Shown here: in pieces, positions 1 through 11,710 of the stretch
Layout: each line of letters opens with the position of its first letter
Position numbering within the stretch: the first letter of the stretch is position 1
NCBI GenBank assembly: GCA_964016885.1
Contig: OZ024747.1
Location: forward strand, 9,548,001-9,612,000
Direction: 5' to 3'
From: Eledone cirrhosa
Lineage: Eukaryota
DNA: 64,000 bases
Made by a program: the position numbers and the translations under genes
The notes under the pieces: generated by a model
Database searches by the model: none
What the model was told of the DNA's origin: nothing
The model's input: the letters and a program-made list of their open reading frames with translations, nothing else

Positions 1-568
1 CCATAGACTCACTACTACACTACACCACCACCACACATGTCCTCACTACTACACTATACCACAACACAATATACTCACTACTACACTACACCACCACCAC
101 ACAACATATTGTCACTACTACACTATACCACAACACAATATACTCATTACTACACTACACCACCACATAACATATCTTTACTACTACACTACACCACCAC
201 CACCACCACACAACATATCCTCACTATCACACTACACCACCACACATGTACATATTACCAAACATCACCACCACCACATCCTTTCTATCATATGTTGTGT
301 GGTAGTATAGTAGTGAGGACATGTGTGAGCTGTTGTGTGGTAGAGAAGACATGTGTGTGATGTTGTGTGGGAGAGAGGACATGTGGTGTTGGAAATACCA
401 GTAATATACTGCGGGTTAACTATAAACGATAATAACTACATATCTTTATGAAAGTCTATATGTGAAGTAAGTACCAGTAATATACTGAGGATTAACTATA
501 AACAACAATAGCTACATTTCTTTATGAAATTCTATATCAAAGTATTTTTTCTCCTTCAAACTGTTCAG

Positions 569-754
569 TCACTCTGGAAACTCCATAAAAACACTTCAGG
601 CCCAATACTGGAGAGATTACAGATGTTTTACCTTCCTCCTTGTAAACATCGGTGGGTGACAGCAGCCTGTTTATTACCTGGGGGTCACACATTGGTCTCT
701 GGTGACCGCAGTGGCTCTCTTTATATGTATTCACTGGAAAAATATACCAATGGG
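569..754 (+). CDS. WDR6: WDR6 exon (SLWKLH...GDRSGSLYMYSLEKYTNG)
   Basis: ttcag acceptor, gtaagg donor, 186 nt, phase 0/0. Confidence 0.88.
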
Positions 755-3700
755 GTAAGGTTTCACTTTTCTTTCTCTCTCTAACTCCCACACTTTCCCC
801 CTTACTTTTTATCCCTATCTCTCTCTCTCTCTCTCTAACTCCCACACTTTCCCCCTTACTCTTTATCCCTATCTCTCTCTCTCTCTAACTCTCACACTTT
901 CCCCCTTTCTCTTTATCCCTATCTCTCTCTCTCTCTAACTCTCAGACTTTCCCCTCACTCTTTATCCCTATCTCTCTCTCTCTCTAACTCTCAGACTTTC
1001 CCCTCACTCTTTATCCCTCCTGTCTCTGTTTTAACAGTAATAACATCTTACATTTTGGTTATAGATAATAATGTCTAGCTTAGGCACAAGACCAGAAATT
1101 TGGGGCTGGGAAATAATGATTTCTGATTTAAGCACAAGGTCAACAATTTTGGGGAAGGGCAAGTCGATTAAATTGACCCCAGTGCATTACTGGTACTTAA
1201 TTTTATCGACCTACCCTGTAAAGATAAAAGGCAAAGCTAACTTTGGCAGGATTTGAACTAACTATATGCCACAAAGCATGTTGTCCAGTGCTCTTCCTAT
1301 TCTGCCAATCAACTGTCCTAGCATCCTAGTGATAGTAATAATTGTTTCTACTTTTGGCACAAGGCCATCAATTACCCAGTACATTACTGGTACTTTATTT
1401 TATCGACCCTGTAAGGATGAAAGGCAAAGTTGACCTCGGCGGGATTTGAACTCAGACCTTAAAGGGCCGTAACTCTATGCTACAAAGCATGGCGTCCGAC
1501 CCTCTACCGATACTGCCAATCCTAGTAATAATAATAATAGTGATGATAATTTCTTTATTTCAGTGGTTTCTTACATTGGTACAAAGGAAAATGTGGTGGA
1601 GTGTAATTGGTTAAATTGACACCAGTATATCACTGGTATATAGCTTTATCAACATAATGACAGATTGTCTTTAGTTTTGGTCATGATGGTAGTAGTAGTA
1701 ACTAATGTTGTTGTAGGTGGGGGTAATTATCAGCTACTAAATATAAAAGCAATAACCCTGTACCTCTTATATTTACCCAGGTTTGTCAGCCAGAACAATG
1801 TTTTCCGAAACTCCATGGCAAGGTGGGGGTTACAAATGTGTGTTACCATGACAACCATGTGTACACAGCTGGCAGGGACGGTCATTACCGGCAATACACA
1901 TTGACGGAGGAAGGCACTCTCATACTTCTCAATAGTAATAAGGTTAGTGTTGTTGTTGTTGTTGTGTGGACCTAGCTCAACTCAGGTTCAACAGATCTAT
2001 ATGATGAAAGCCTCTCCAGCCATGACCACCTTATCTTTATACATTATCCAAGGAGTTCTTTCTATTTTTAAAATACTAGACTGTAATTTGGCTGCTATTT
2101 CTAGAGGCATAACCACAACATCACTTTGCAACTACTCCACTCCACACCACACCACACCACCCTCGCTACACTGCTACACACCACCTTCACTACACCACCA
2201 CACCACACCATACCACTACACACCACACCACTCCACCATGCCACTACACACCACACCACTCCACCCTCACTACACACCACACCACTCCACCATGCCACTA
2301 CACACCACACCACTCCACCCTCACTACACACCACACCACTCCACCATACCACTACACACCACACCACTCCACCATGCCACTACACACCACACCACTCCAC
2401 CATGCCACTACACACCACTCCACACCACCCTCACTACACTGCTACACACCACCTTCACTACACCACCACACCACTCCACCATACCACTACACACCACACC
2501 ACTCCACCATGCCACTACACACCACACCACTCCACCATGCCACTACACACCACACCACTCCACCATGCCACTACACACCACACCACTCCACCATGCCACT
2601 ACACACCATACCACTACACACCACACCACTCCACCATGCCACTACACACCACACCACTCCACCATGCCACTACACACCACACCACTCCACCACGCCACTA
2701 GACACCACACCACTCCACCATGCCACTACACACCACACCACTCCACCATGCCACTACACACCACACCACTCCACCACACTACTCCACCACACCAATACCA
2801 TTCCTATACTTCTACTATTTCCTCTTCTCTCTGTTACATCTTCAGATCTCCAAAGGATTTGATTGGTTTGAGAAACTAATATTTGGAGCTGAGTTGTTGC
2901 TGCTTGGTTTTCACTCTGTAAGTATAATTGATATACATAACTAAATATTTAATCACAGCTGGTTATAACTCTCTCTCTCTTTCTCCCTCTCTCTTTCTCC
3001 CTCTCTCTCTCTCTCCCTCTCACTCTCTATCCCTCCCCCCTCTCTCTCTCTCCATTTACTACTGATAGCTTTACTCTCTGTATTAACATCAATATTTAGA
3101 TATGTCTTGGGCGGTGGATTGGCAGTATCGGTAGAGGGTCGGATGCCATGCTTTCCAGCATAGTTACGTCCCTTTACCATCTGAGTTCAAATCCCGCCGA
3201 GGTTGACTTTGCCTTTCATCCTTACGGGGTCGATAAAATAAAGTACCAGTAATGCACTGGTAATTGCTGGCCTTGTGCCTAAAGTAGAAACAATATTTAG
3301 ATATGTCTTGTGGGAGACTTGTTTTGTTTTCCTCCATCACTAATTGATGAAGGCCATAACTTTTGGCACATGGTTGATTGAGTTTTATCTCTCCACATCT
3401 CTCTACACCACTTTGTGTTTTGTTTCTTTTCTTTTTTTATCAGATATATCTATTGTATCCTTCTTTTTTTAAGATGGTAGAATGTTATTTAATTGAGATT
3501 TGGCTGCTATTTCTAGCAGGTTGAGTGACACTATAGAACCTTGTAAATTTATCTTTATCTTCTCTACCAACAGGTGAATTTTATATTGTGGAATTGTAGC
3601 AAATCTGAGAAACTTCTGGAAATCCCATGTGGTGGAGGACATCGCAGCTGGAGCTGTTTATTAAGAGACAACCTCGTTAATTTTGTCTCCATTAAGGTCC

Positions 3701-6700
3701 AAGATATTGTCCTGTGTCGAGCTTCGATACGACCAACATTGATTTTAAAAGTAAAGTGTCATTATGTGTCTACTTTGAAACACTTTTATTACATCATCAT
3801 CATTACCACCATCACCAATAGTATTACCATCATCATCATCACCACTATTGCCATCAACACCACTACTACCACCACCACCATCACCATTACCACCATTACA
3901 TCATCATTATCACCAATATTACCAATATTATTATTACATCACCATCATCATCATCATCATCATCAACACCACCTCTATCACCAATATTACCATCATCATC
4001 ATCAACACCACGACCATTGCCATCACTGTCACCATTATTGTCATCATCATCATCATCACTATCACCAATATTACCACCACTACCATCATCAATACCACCA
4101 CTACCACCACCACCACTGCCATCATTATCAATATGAATTCTTTACTAGTTTTGCTAATCTGTTGCTTTCCTCCCCCTCCCTCTAGGAAAGCCATCATGGC
4201 CGACAGGTGATGGACATCAAACATATATCTTCAACATCATCACAGACTTCAGGTAAAACACTTTACATATTTTGTATACTCTGTATGTGTCTGTTTATAT
4301 GAATCGGATCCGATGTAGGTACCATGGTGAGTTGCAGCTGTCAATAGGTACCATGTAGAGGTACAGTCTACCTGGCTGTCAATAGGTACCATATAGTAGG
4401 TACAGTCTACCTAGCTGTCAATTGGTACCATATAGAGGTACAGTCTACCTGGCTGTCAATAGGTACCATATAGAGGTACAGTCTACCTGGCTGTCAATAG
4501 GTACCATGTAGAGGTACAGTCCACTTGGTTGTCAATAGGTACCATGTAGAGGTACAGTCCACTTGGTTGTCAATAGGTACCATATAGAGGTACAGTCTAC
4601 CTGGCTGTCAATAGGTACCATATAGAGGTACAGTCTACCTAGCTGTCAATTGGTACCATATAGAGGTACAGTCTACCTGGCTGTCAATAGGTACCATATA
4701 GAGGTACAGTCTACCTGGCTGTCAATAGGTACCATATAGTAGGTACAGTCTACCTGGCTGTCAATAGGTACCATATAGAGGTACAGCCCACCTGGCTGTC
4801 AATAGGTACCATATAGAGGTACAGTCTACCTGGCTGTCAATAGGTACCATGTAGAGGTACAGTCTACCTGGCTGTCAATAGGTACCATATAGTAGGTACA
4901 GTCTACCTGGCTGTCAATAGGTACCATATAGTAGGTACAGTCTACCTGGCTGTCAATAGGTACCATATAGTAGGTACAGTCTACCTGGCTGTCAATAGGT
5001 ACCATATAGAGGTACAGCCCACCTGGCTGTCAATAGGTACCATATAGAGGTACAGTCTACCTGGCTGTCAATAGGTACCATGTAGAGGTACAGTCCACCT
5101 GGCTGTCAATAGGTACCATATAGTAGGTACAGTCTACCTGGCTGTCAATAGGTACCATATAGTAGGTACAGTCTACCTGGCTGTCAATAGGTACCATATA
5201 GAGGTACAGCCCACCTAGCTGTCAATAGGTACCATATGTATCATATCTTTAGGCACAATACCAGCAATTTTGGGGGAGGGGAAAGTCAATTAAATCGATC
5301 CAGTGCATTACTGGTACTTTATTTCATCAACTCTTTAAGGATGAAAGACAAAACTAACCTTGGGATCTGAACCTATAATGCAAAGGGACATAACTATATG
5401 CCACAAAGCATGATGTCCGACACTCAACTGTAATAATAAGATTTAGTGAAATATCATCTCTGTATTATTCAACATAAACTACTTGTCTTTCTCTATTGCA
5501 GATATAAGCAGTCATATATGTATTAGCTGCAGTGAAGACACCTCACTTCAAATGATTTGCCTCAACTTCAGTATCCTTGTCTCCTTGCTCTACACTACAT
5601 AACTCTCTCTCTCTCTGTTGTTGACATTCTGGTTGACAGTGATGTTGATAGTATGGTTGACAGTGTGTTGTTGACACAGTGTGGTTGACACAGTGTTGTT
5701 GGCAGTGTTGTTGACAGTGTTGTTGATGCTGTTGTTGACACTGTTGTTGTTGACACAGTGTTGTTGACACAGTGCTGTTGACACTGTGTGGTTGAGACAA
5801 TGTGGTTGACACAGTGTTGTTGACACAGTGCTGTTGACACTGTGTGGTTGACACAGTGTTGTTGACACTGTTGTTGACATAGTGTGGTTGACACAGTGTT
5901 GTTGACACAGTGTGTGGTTGACACAGTGTTGTTAACCTTATACAGTCAACTCTCTCAAAGTCTTCACACAGGAGTAAAGAATAATATTATGTTGGCCAGA
6001 TGTAATTTTATTTTTATTTTTGAGTGACTCTTATTAACCTTAATTCATTAAAAAAGAACCTGGGCCCACCACCACTGACATGAAGATCCTGGCAACATTA
6101 CAAGCCCATATATCTAGTGTCCGATGTTTAGCTGTTCTACCCAGCACCAGTTCGTTATCTCACACACCCACAACAGTCTTTGAGTCACACTTGGTGATCT
6201 CCGGTGGTGGTCGTGCTCAGCTGAATGTATGGCGGTGCAGTGTTGTCTCATCTGACAGAAGAGAGGAGGAGATAGAGGAGAAAGAAACAGAAGACAGAGA
6301 GAGTGTTGTTACACCTGGATCCAATTACCTACATGAACACCTTTGTTCAGATTTTCTCGTCAAACGTCCACGGAAACTCTGGAAGTCCGGTGCACTCACA
6401 CTTGATCCAGAAATGCGTATTCTAAGTCTCACAGCTTTCCATGGACACCAGATAGACTCTAGTGTGGAGACTGGTTATTTGTTTATTGCTACTGCCTGTT
6501 CTGATGGTACTATACGGTATGTCTTTTTTTCTATAGTTAATTGGTGATGGCAGTGGATTGGCAGAATTGGTAGAGTGTCAGACAACATGCTTTGCAGTAT
6601 AGAGTTATGACCCTTTACATTCTGATTTTAAATCCCACTGAGGTTAGCTTTGCCTTTCATCCTTACAAGGTTGATAAAATAAAGTACCAGTAATGCACTG

Positions 6701-8440
6701 GGGCCGATCTAATCAACTTTCCCATTCCCAAAAATTGTTGGCCTTGTGCCTAAATCAGAAACCGTTATCGGCAATGGCTTGACAGAATTGTGGCTTCCCT
6801 GTAAATCTGTAGGGTACAACCTGGGATATTGTGGATTCCCTTTAAATCTGTAGGGTACAACCTGGGATATTGTGGATTCCCTTTAAATCTGTAGGGTACA
6901 ACCTGGGATATTGTGGCTTCCCTGTAAATCTGTAGGGCACAACCTGGGACATTGTGGCTTCCCTGTAAATCTGTAGGGTACAACCTGGGATATTGTGGCT
7001 TCCCTTTAAATCTGTAGGGTACAACCTGGGATATTGTGGCTTCCCTGTAAATCTGTAGGGCACAACCTGGGACATTGTGGCTTCCCTGTAAATCTGTAGG
7101 GTACAACTTGGGATATTGTGGCTTCCCTGTAAATCTGTAGGGCACAACCTGGGACATTGTGGCTTCCCTGTAAATCTGTAGGGTACAACCTGGGATATTG
7201 TGGCTTCCCTTTAAATCTGTAGGGTACAACCTGGGATATTGTGGCTTCCCTGTAAATCTGTAGGGCACAACCTGGGACATTGTGGCTTCCCTGTAAATCT
7301 GTAGGGTACAACTTGGGATATTGTGGCTTCCCTGTAAATCTGTAGGGCACAACCAGGGACATTGTGGCTTCCCTGTAAATCTGTAGGGTACAACCTGGGA
7401 TATTGTGGCTTCCCTGTAAATCTGTAGGGTACAACCTGGGACATTGTGGCTTCCCTGTAAATCTGTAGGGCACAACCTGGGACATTGTGGCTTCCCTGTA
7501 AATCTGTAGGGTACAACCTGGGATATTGTGGCTTCCCTGTAAATCTGTAGGGCACAACCAGGGACATTGTGGCTTCCCTGTAAATCTGTAGGGCTCAACA
7601 AGGGACATTGTGGTTCCTTCAACTAATTCTCTTATTCTCTCCTCTATTGTAGACTTTTCTGCTTTGATGAACGACAACACAACAACAAGAGAAACTCTAC
7701 CAGAAGGAACCAGCTGCAATTGGTGTGGTTGCAACACTGTCATGGTGGCAGCTGTGTGCTGCAGGTGTCTCACATCCTCTATCACTGCAAAAGCAGTAGT
7801 AATGATGCAGGAAGTGTCATTGTTGTTCTAGTTTCAGCTGCAACAGATGGCCAGATAGCTTTCTGGGATGTCACTACAATCTGCAACCAATATATTCACC
7901 AGCTCCGCTCCCCTGACTCAGATAATTCAACAGGTCCTGTTGAACCCTCTGTGAAATCAAACACCCCAGAATACTGTATGAGACCCTCCTCGGTCTACAC
8001 AGTCGAAGAAGAAAGCAGTGATCCACAGGTCAAGCAAATACCCCGGATGATGGAAAATACTTCTGACTTCTGTACACAGAGTGATGCTGATGCTAGTAGT
8101 GGTGGTGGTGGTGATTGTGGCGGTGGTGGTGATGGCGGTGGTGGTGATGCCTGTGGAAGATGTCTTAACATTGATGATGGTGGTCATTGCAATAGTGATG
8201 ATAATGAAGCTGATAATGATGGTCATGATGATAGTGGTGGTGATGATAATGATAATGATAATGAGGAGAAGGAGAAAGAGGAGGTCGCTACATGTCTTAT
8301 CTACAAAACATCTGGTCACCAATCTGGTGTAAATAGTTTACATCTGTTACATCTGGAAGGTAACACTGATCAGTGTGTATATATATGTGTGTGTGAGTGT
8401 GTATAGTCAGAAGCCTATCCCTAGATATCACCATTGGTCA

Positions 8441-8496
<56 letters not shown>

Positions 8497-8535
8497 AGTC
8501 AGAAGCCTATCCCTAGATATCACCATTGGTCAGTG

Positions 8536-8574
<39 letters not shown>

Positions 8575-11500
8575 AGTCAGAAGCCTATCCCTAGATATCA
8601 CCATTGGTCAGTGTATATATATATATATATATGTGTGTGTGAGTGTGTGTAGTCAGAAGCCTATCCCTAGATATCACCATTGGTCAGTGTATATATATAT
8701 ATATGTGTGTGTGAGTGTGTGTAGTCAGAAGCCTATCCCTAGATATCATCACAGTAACTAACTACACAGCAAGTGACACTTTCCCACAGATACCCCCAGC
8801 TTGTTGTCAGCTTGTGTGTTCATTACTTGAGACACTGTTTGTCACCTGAGACATTTTATGTTTGGAAAACTTGTTCCAGATGCGAGACGTTCATGAACCG
8901 AGGTTCAACTGTATATTAAACCTGAAGAACAGATGAGATGTTCACAACTGGAACGTTGATCATAAATCTGCTGGATCAGGACTGATCTGGAGTTAAACCT
9001 TAACAAAAGGTGATAACAGACGACTCTCTAGAGTACATTTTATATATAGGTATATGAAGATGTGTATTAGTTCTTTAGTTTGGGTTCAGACATAAAGACT
9101 AAGGCCATGCTGGAGCAACACACCTATAGTTTATGCTTTTGTGTGTGTGTATATTTGAACGTGTGTGAGTATATCTATATGTATGCATGTAATATGTATG
9201 AGTGTATGTACGTATGTATAGTTAAGATGACTGCCTATACTTCCATGTATTTCTCCATCCTGTAAACTGACAATGAAACACACTGAATCTGAAGTGTTTG
9301 TCTTTTATTTCAGACTCTAGTTTCTTGTTGGCTTCTGGTGGCGATGATAATGCACTTTTTGTGATGAAATTTGCTATCTCTCGGATAGAAGAGCGAACTA
9401 CAGTTGTTTGCCAGAATTCAGTTAAGTACAGCTGTGCCCATGCTGCTCAAATTACAGGTGTTTGGTTGGTAAACAGTACTTTCCTTGTGTCTTCATCTGT
9501 TGACCAACGGATCTGTGTATGGCTGCTGCAGTTTCAAGAGGAAGATGCTCAGGTAAGATGGCATGGATGAGGGAGCTTTTGTTTATTGTTGTTTAGTTAC
9601 AGATCACTTCTGATCCACCATACCTATGGTTAAAGACGTTCCAGCCATGACCCTCCTATTTTTTCTCGCGTATAATATATCCAAGGCTATAATTATTTAA
9701 GACACTAGACTGTTATATGAGCGGGATTTGGCTGTTGTTTCTAGGAGGACGATGAATAACATAGAGGTTGCTTTGTAGCGGATTCAGTTCAAAAGAGTTT
9801 GGTTTTACAAGGGAGATTACTCTGACATAAACCGTGACTAGCTTTTGTTGTGTTTGCTTTGCAAAGCTGTGGTTAAATCTGTTCCTCAGTAAATAAATAA
9901 ATAAAAACGTAGGGTGGAATTGTTTAAAGAGAACAGAAAATGATTGATGAATCAATGTTGGCAGGTATATTTTACGATGTATACCAAAATTTCGTGGAGG
10001 ACTGACCAATCATCATACGTCTTCTTTCTATACTAGCATGGGCTGGACAGGTCGTCACAGTCTGACTCTAGATGAGGTCCATATTTTGCTCATGTGTCCC
10101 ATAATCATAATAACTATTTTATTTGTGGTCCCTAGTGGACAGAATGACAAGTGCAGGCAAGAAAGACACACTGAAAAAGCCAGCTCACTCCATTGTGCTT
10201 GTTCTTGCAGATGGCTGACTTCATACCGATTGTAGTGATGAGTGAGGTTTGGGGAGCCATAACATTAGATGTTTTCACTACTATGGGTCTGATAAGAAAC
10301 TTATCAAATAGCAGCTGGTATTTTGTCAGCTTGGGATCTTCTGTCTTATCCAGTGACGGAGTCTGAGCCTGATTTCAACAGGAACATTCCTCTAACGAGA
10401 GCAGTGATCTACTGTTGCTAGAGTTGTTTTGCAAAGGGAGATTACTCTGATTGGAACAATAATTGGTTATTGTCTTATATTCGTATTTTTATATATATAT
10501 ACTAACAGTATAGTCTGTCGTTGCTGGGTAATTTTCACCATAGAATGTCTTTCTTTTGTTTCTTTTATTCCATGTCTTCCCTGTGCCTCATCTTTCGTTA
10601 CTTATTTCCCGTGGCCCGTCTTCGTCAATCGTCCCCAAGTATCAGTAGAAGGTCGGACAACATGCTTTGCAGCATAGAGTTACGTCCCTTTACGTTCTGA
10701 GTTCAAATCGCGCTGAGGTTAGCTTTGCCTTTCATCCTCACAGGGTCGATAAATAAAGTACCAGTAATGCACTGGGGTCGATTAATCGACTTTCCCCTCC
10801 CTGAAAATTGTTGGCCTTGTGCCTAAATCAGAAACCTTTATTAGGTTCACATATATCAGCTGCTTCTATGTTATTTTTTTTTGTTTTCTCCTTGTTTCAG
10901 ATCAAACACATCACCAGTAAGTTTATTACTGTAGCTGATATATCCAATATGGACGTTTGGTTATACAGGTGAGAATATAGTTTTTAACTCTATGTTTTCA
11001 CTTTACAGATATAGTAGAGTAGTCTCTATCACAATACACACTTTTCCAACTGTGTATTTATACCATCACTTAGTAATTATGTGGTTTGGGGTTCAATCTC
11101 CATGTGCAGCATATTGGACTAATGTCTTCTACTACATCATGATATATATATGTGTGTGTGTAGAGAGAGAGAGATTAGATCTGGCTGTCACCTGAATAAA
11201 TTATAAATATCATTGCTGTTTTCTCATTTCAAAGCTAAGCATGCAGTCAGTTGGTTATGACAAAAGTTGTAGTATGCTAGGCAATGCTGAATGAGACTAA
11301 GATGAGGTATTTTTCTCTCTTTAAATACTCTTTTTGAGCAGAGAGAAGCCGTACATGCTGCTAAATTGGTTGAAAAAAATGTCAAAGATGCTGGTTTGAC
11401 TTGTATGGCAGGGCATACCCTTCACTTTCAAGTATAGAAAGATATTTGCCAGGTTTTTTGGGTGACATGATTTTTCTCTGAATAACTATTTCTTCCTTAG

Positions 11501-11710
11501 GGAAGCCACTATATATATATATATATTTAGAGAGAGAGATTGAGAGAGACCAATAATTATCAGTTTTATATCTGTTTTTCGATGCTGACACAGGTTGTAC
11601 AAGACTTTATATATATGTACTATTATTATTTCAGAAAGCGTATCTTTATAGCTGTATGTGGTACAGGGATGTCATTACTAACATTGGACTTACCAACACC
11701 AATAACATAA
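569..11710 (+). CDS. WDR6: WD repeat-containing protein 6 (Trm734 homologue, partner of the tRNA 2'-O-methyltransferase FTSJ1); 3' part of gene, 11 coding exons
   Basis: Exons join in frame across GT-AG introns: 569-754, 1781-1942, 2846-2917, 3574-3750, 4186-4252, 5502-5570, 6057-6516, 7653-8359, 9314-9552, 10901-10968, 11635-11710. Motifs match recalled WDR6 in order: GDRSGS, LHGKVGVT, TAGRDG, LLGFH, CGGGHRSW, HGRQV, SCSEDT, HISSVR, DPEMR, ACSDGTIR, SAATDGQIAFWD, HQSGVNSL, ASGGDDN, CAHAAQITG, SSVDQR, VADISNMD. Confidence 0.93.
775..1020. repeat. Pyrimidine-rich minisatellite, ~50-bp unit, ~5 copies
   Basis: ctaactc.cacactttcccc...ctttatccctatctctct. Confidence 0.85.
1118..1318 (-). mobile_element. 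tRNA-derived SINE family A, diverged copy
   Basis: Reverse-complement similarity to the 3110-3290 and 6548-6768 copies. Confidence 0.75.
1340..1521 (-). mobile_element. SINE family A
   Basis: Near-identical reverse complement of 3110-3290. Confidence 0.85.
1781..1942 (+). CDS. WDR6: WDR6 exon (VCQPEQCFPKLHGKVGVT...TAGRDGHY...NSNK)
   Basis: cccag acceptor, gttagt donor, 162 nt. Confidence 0.9.
2130..2790. repeat. 28-bp minisatellite (ccaccatgccactacacaccacaccact)
   Basis: Direct periodicity. Confidence 0.9.
2846..2917 (+). CDS. WDR6: WDR6 exon (ISKGFDWFEKLIFGAELLLLGFHS)
   Basis: ttcag acceptor, gtaagt donor, 72 nt. Confidence 0.9.
3110..3290 (+). mobile_element. SINE family A, full length, 20-bp TSD
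   Basis: A-box-like tggcagtatcgg, B-box gagttcaaatccc, core gcctttcatccttacggggtcgataaa; caatatttagatatgtcttg duplicated at 3090-3109 and 3291-3310. Confidence 0.92.
3574..3750 (+). CDS. WDR6: WDR6 exon (VNFILWN...CGGGHRSW...TLILK)
   Basis: aacag acceptor, gtaaag donor, 177 nt. Confidence 0.9.
4186..4252 (+). CDS. WDR6: WDR6 exon (ESHHGRQVMDIKHISSTSSQTS)
   Basis: tctag acceptor, gtaaaa donor, ends phase 1. Confidence 0.87.
4316..5240. repeat. 38/39-bp minisatellite (ggtaccatatagaggtacagtctacctggctgtcaata), ~24 copies
   Basis: Direct periodicity. Confidence 0.95.
5229..5430 (-). mobile_element. SINE family A, diverged
   Basis: Similarity to other copies in the window. Confidence 0.75.
5502..5570 (+). 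CDS. WDR6: WDR6 exon (DISSHICISCSEDTSLQMICLNF)
   Basis: tgcag acceptor; donor is GTATCCTTG (U12-type); phase 1/1. Confidence 0.85.
5571..6056 (+). other. U12-type (minor spliceosome) GT-AG intron of WDR6
   Basis: 5'SS GTATCCTTG; branch box CCTTAAT at 6038-6044, 13-14 nt before the AG; no polypyrimidine tract; reading frame restored across it. Confidence 0.8.
5615..5935. repeat. Degenerate gttgacacagtgt tandem repeat inside the U12 intron
   Basis: Direct periodicity. Confidence 0.85.
6057..6516 (+). CDS. WDR6: WDR6 exon (KPGPTTTDMKILATLQAHISSVR...ACSDGTIR)
   Basis: ORF 6080-6547 extended to the AG at 6055-6056; donor gtatgt, ends phase 2. Confidence 0.9.
6548..6768 (+). mobile_element. SINE family A (longer 3' variant)
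   Basis: Head, core and ggccttgtgcctaaatcagaaac tail. Confidence 0.82.
6787..7615. repeat. 41-bp minisatellite (ttgtggcttccctgtaaatctgtagggtacaacctgggata), ~20 copies
   Basis: Direct periodicity. Confidence 0.95.
7653..8359 (+). CDS. WDR6: WDR6 exon (LFCFDE...SAATDGQIAFWD...HQSGVNSLHLLHLE) with low-complexity Gly/Asp/Glu insert
   Basis: tgtag acceptor, gtaaca donor, phase 2/1; ORF 7720-8406. Confidence 0.88.
8366..8750. repeat. Compound tandem repeat: constant ~40-bp block plus variable (TA)n(TG)n, 5 copies
   Basis: tagtcagaagcctatccctagatatca repeated five times. Confidence 0.9.
9314..9552 (+). CDS. WDR6: WDR6 exon (DSSFLLASGGDDN...CAHAAQITG...EEDAQ)
   Basis: ttcag acceptor, gtaaga donor. 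Confidence 0.92.
9585..9770 (+). repeat. Old dispersed repeat family D (other fragments ~1950-2105, 3440-3540, 12430-12500, 12890-12935, 14900-15070 -, 20370-20440 -, 24190-24280 -, 37735-37900, 57980-58150)
   Basis: Recurrent ttccagccatgacc and gagatttggctgctatttctag motifs. Confidence 0.6.
10638..10841 (+). mobile_element. SINE family A (longer 3' variant)
   Basis: B-box gagttcaaatc, core and tail. Confidence 0.82.
10901..10968 (+). CDS. WDR6: WDR6 exon (IKHITSKFITVADISNMDVWLYR)
   Basis: long polypyrimidine tract + cag; donor gtgaga. Confidence 0.88.
11635..11710 (+). CDS. WDR6: WDR6 last coding exon (KRIFIAVCGTGMSLLTLDLPTPIT*)
   Basis: ttcag acceptor, phase matches, TAA stop; ATTAAA at 11740-11745 is a possible poly(A) signal. 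Confidence 0.85.

Noticed and set aside
8366-8750. CRISPR-like constant repeat with variable spacers
   Set aside because: Spacers are only (TA)n(TG)n length variants, the DNA is a eukaryotic intron and there are no cas genes.
10038-10440. Possible extra WDR6 exon or small ORF in unique intronic DNA
   Set aside because: Flanking exons already join in frame and match the family; no recognisable protein similarity.
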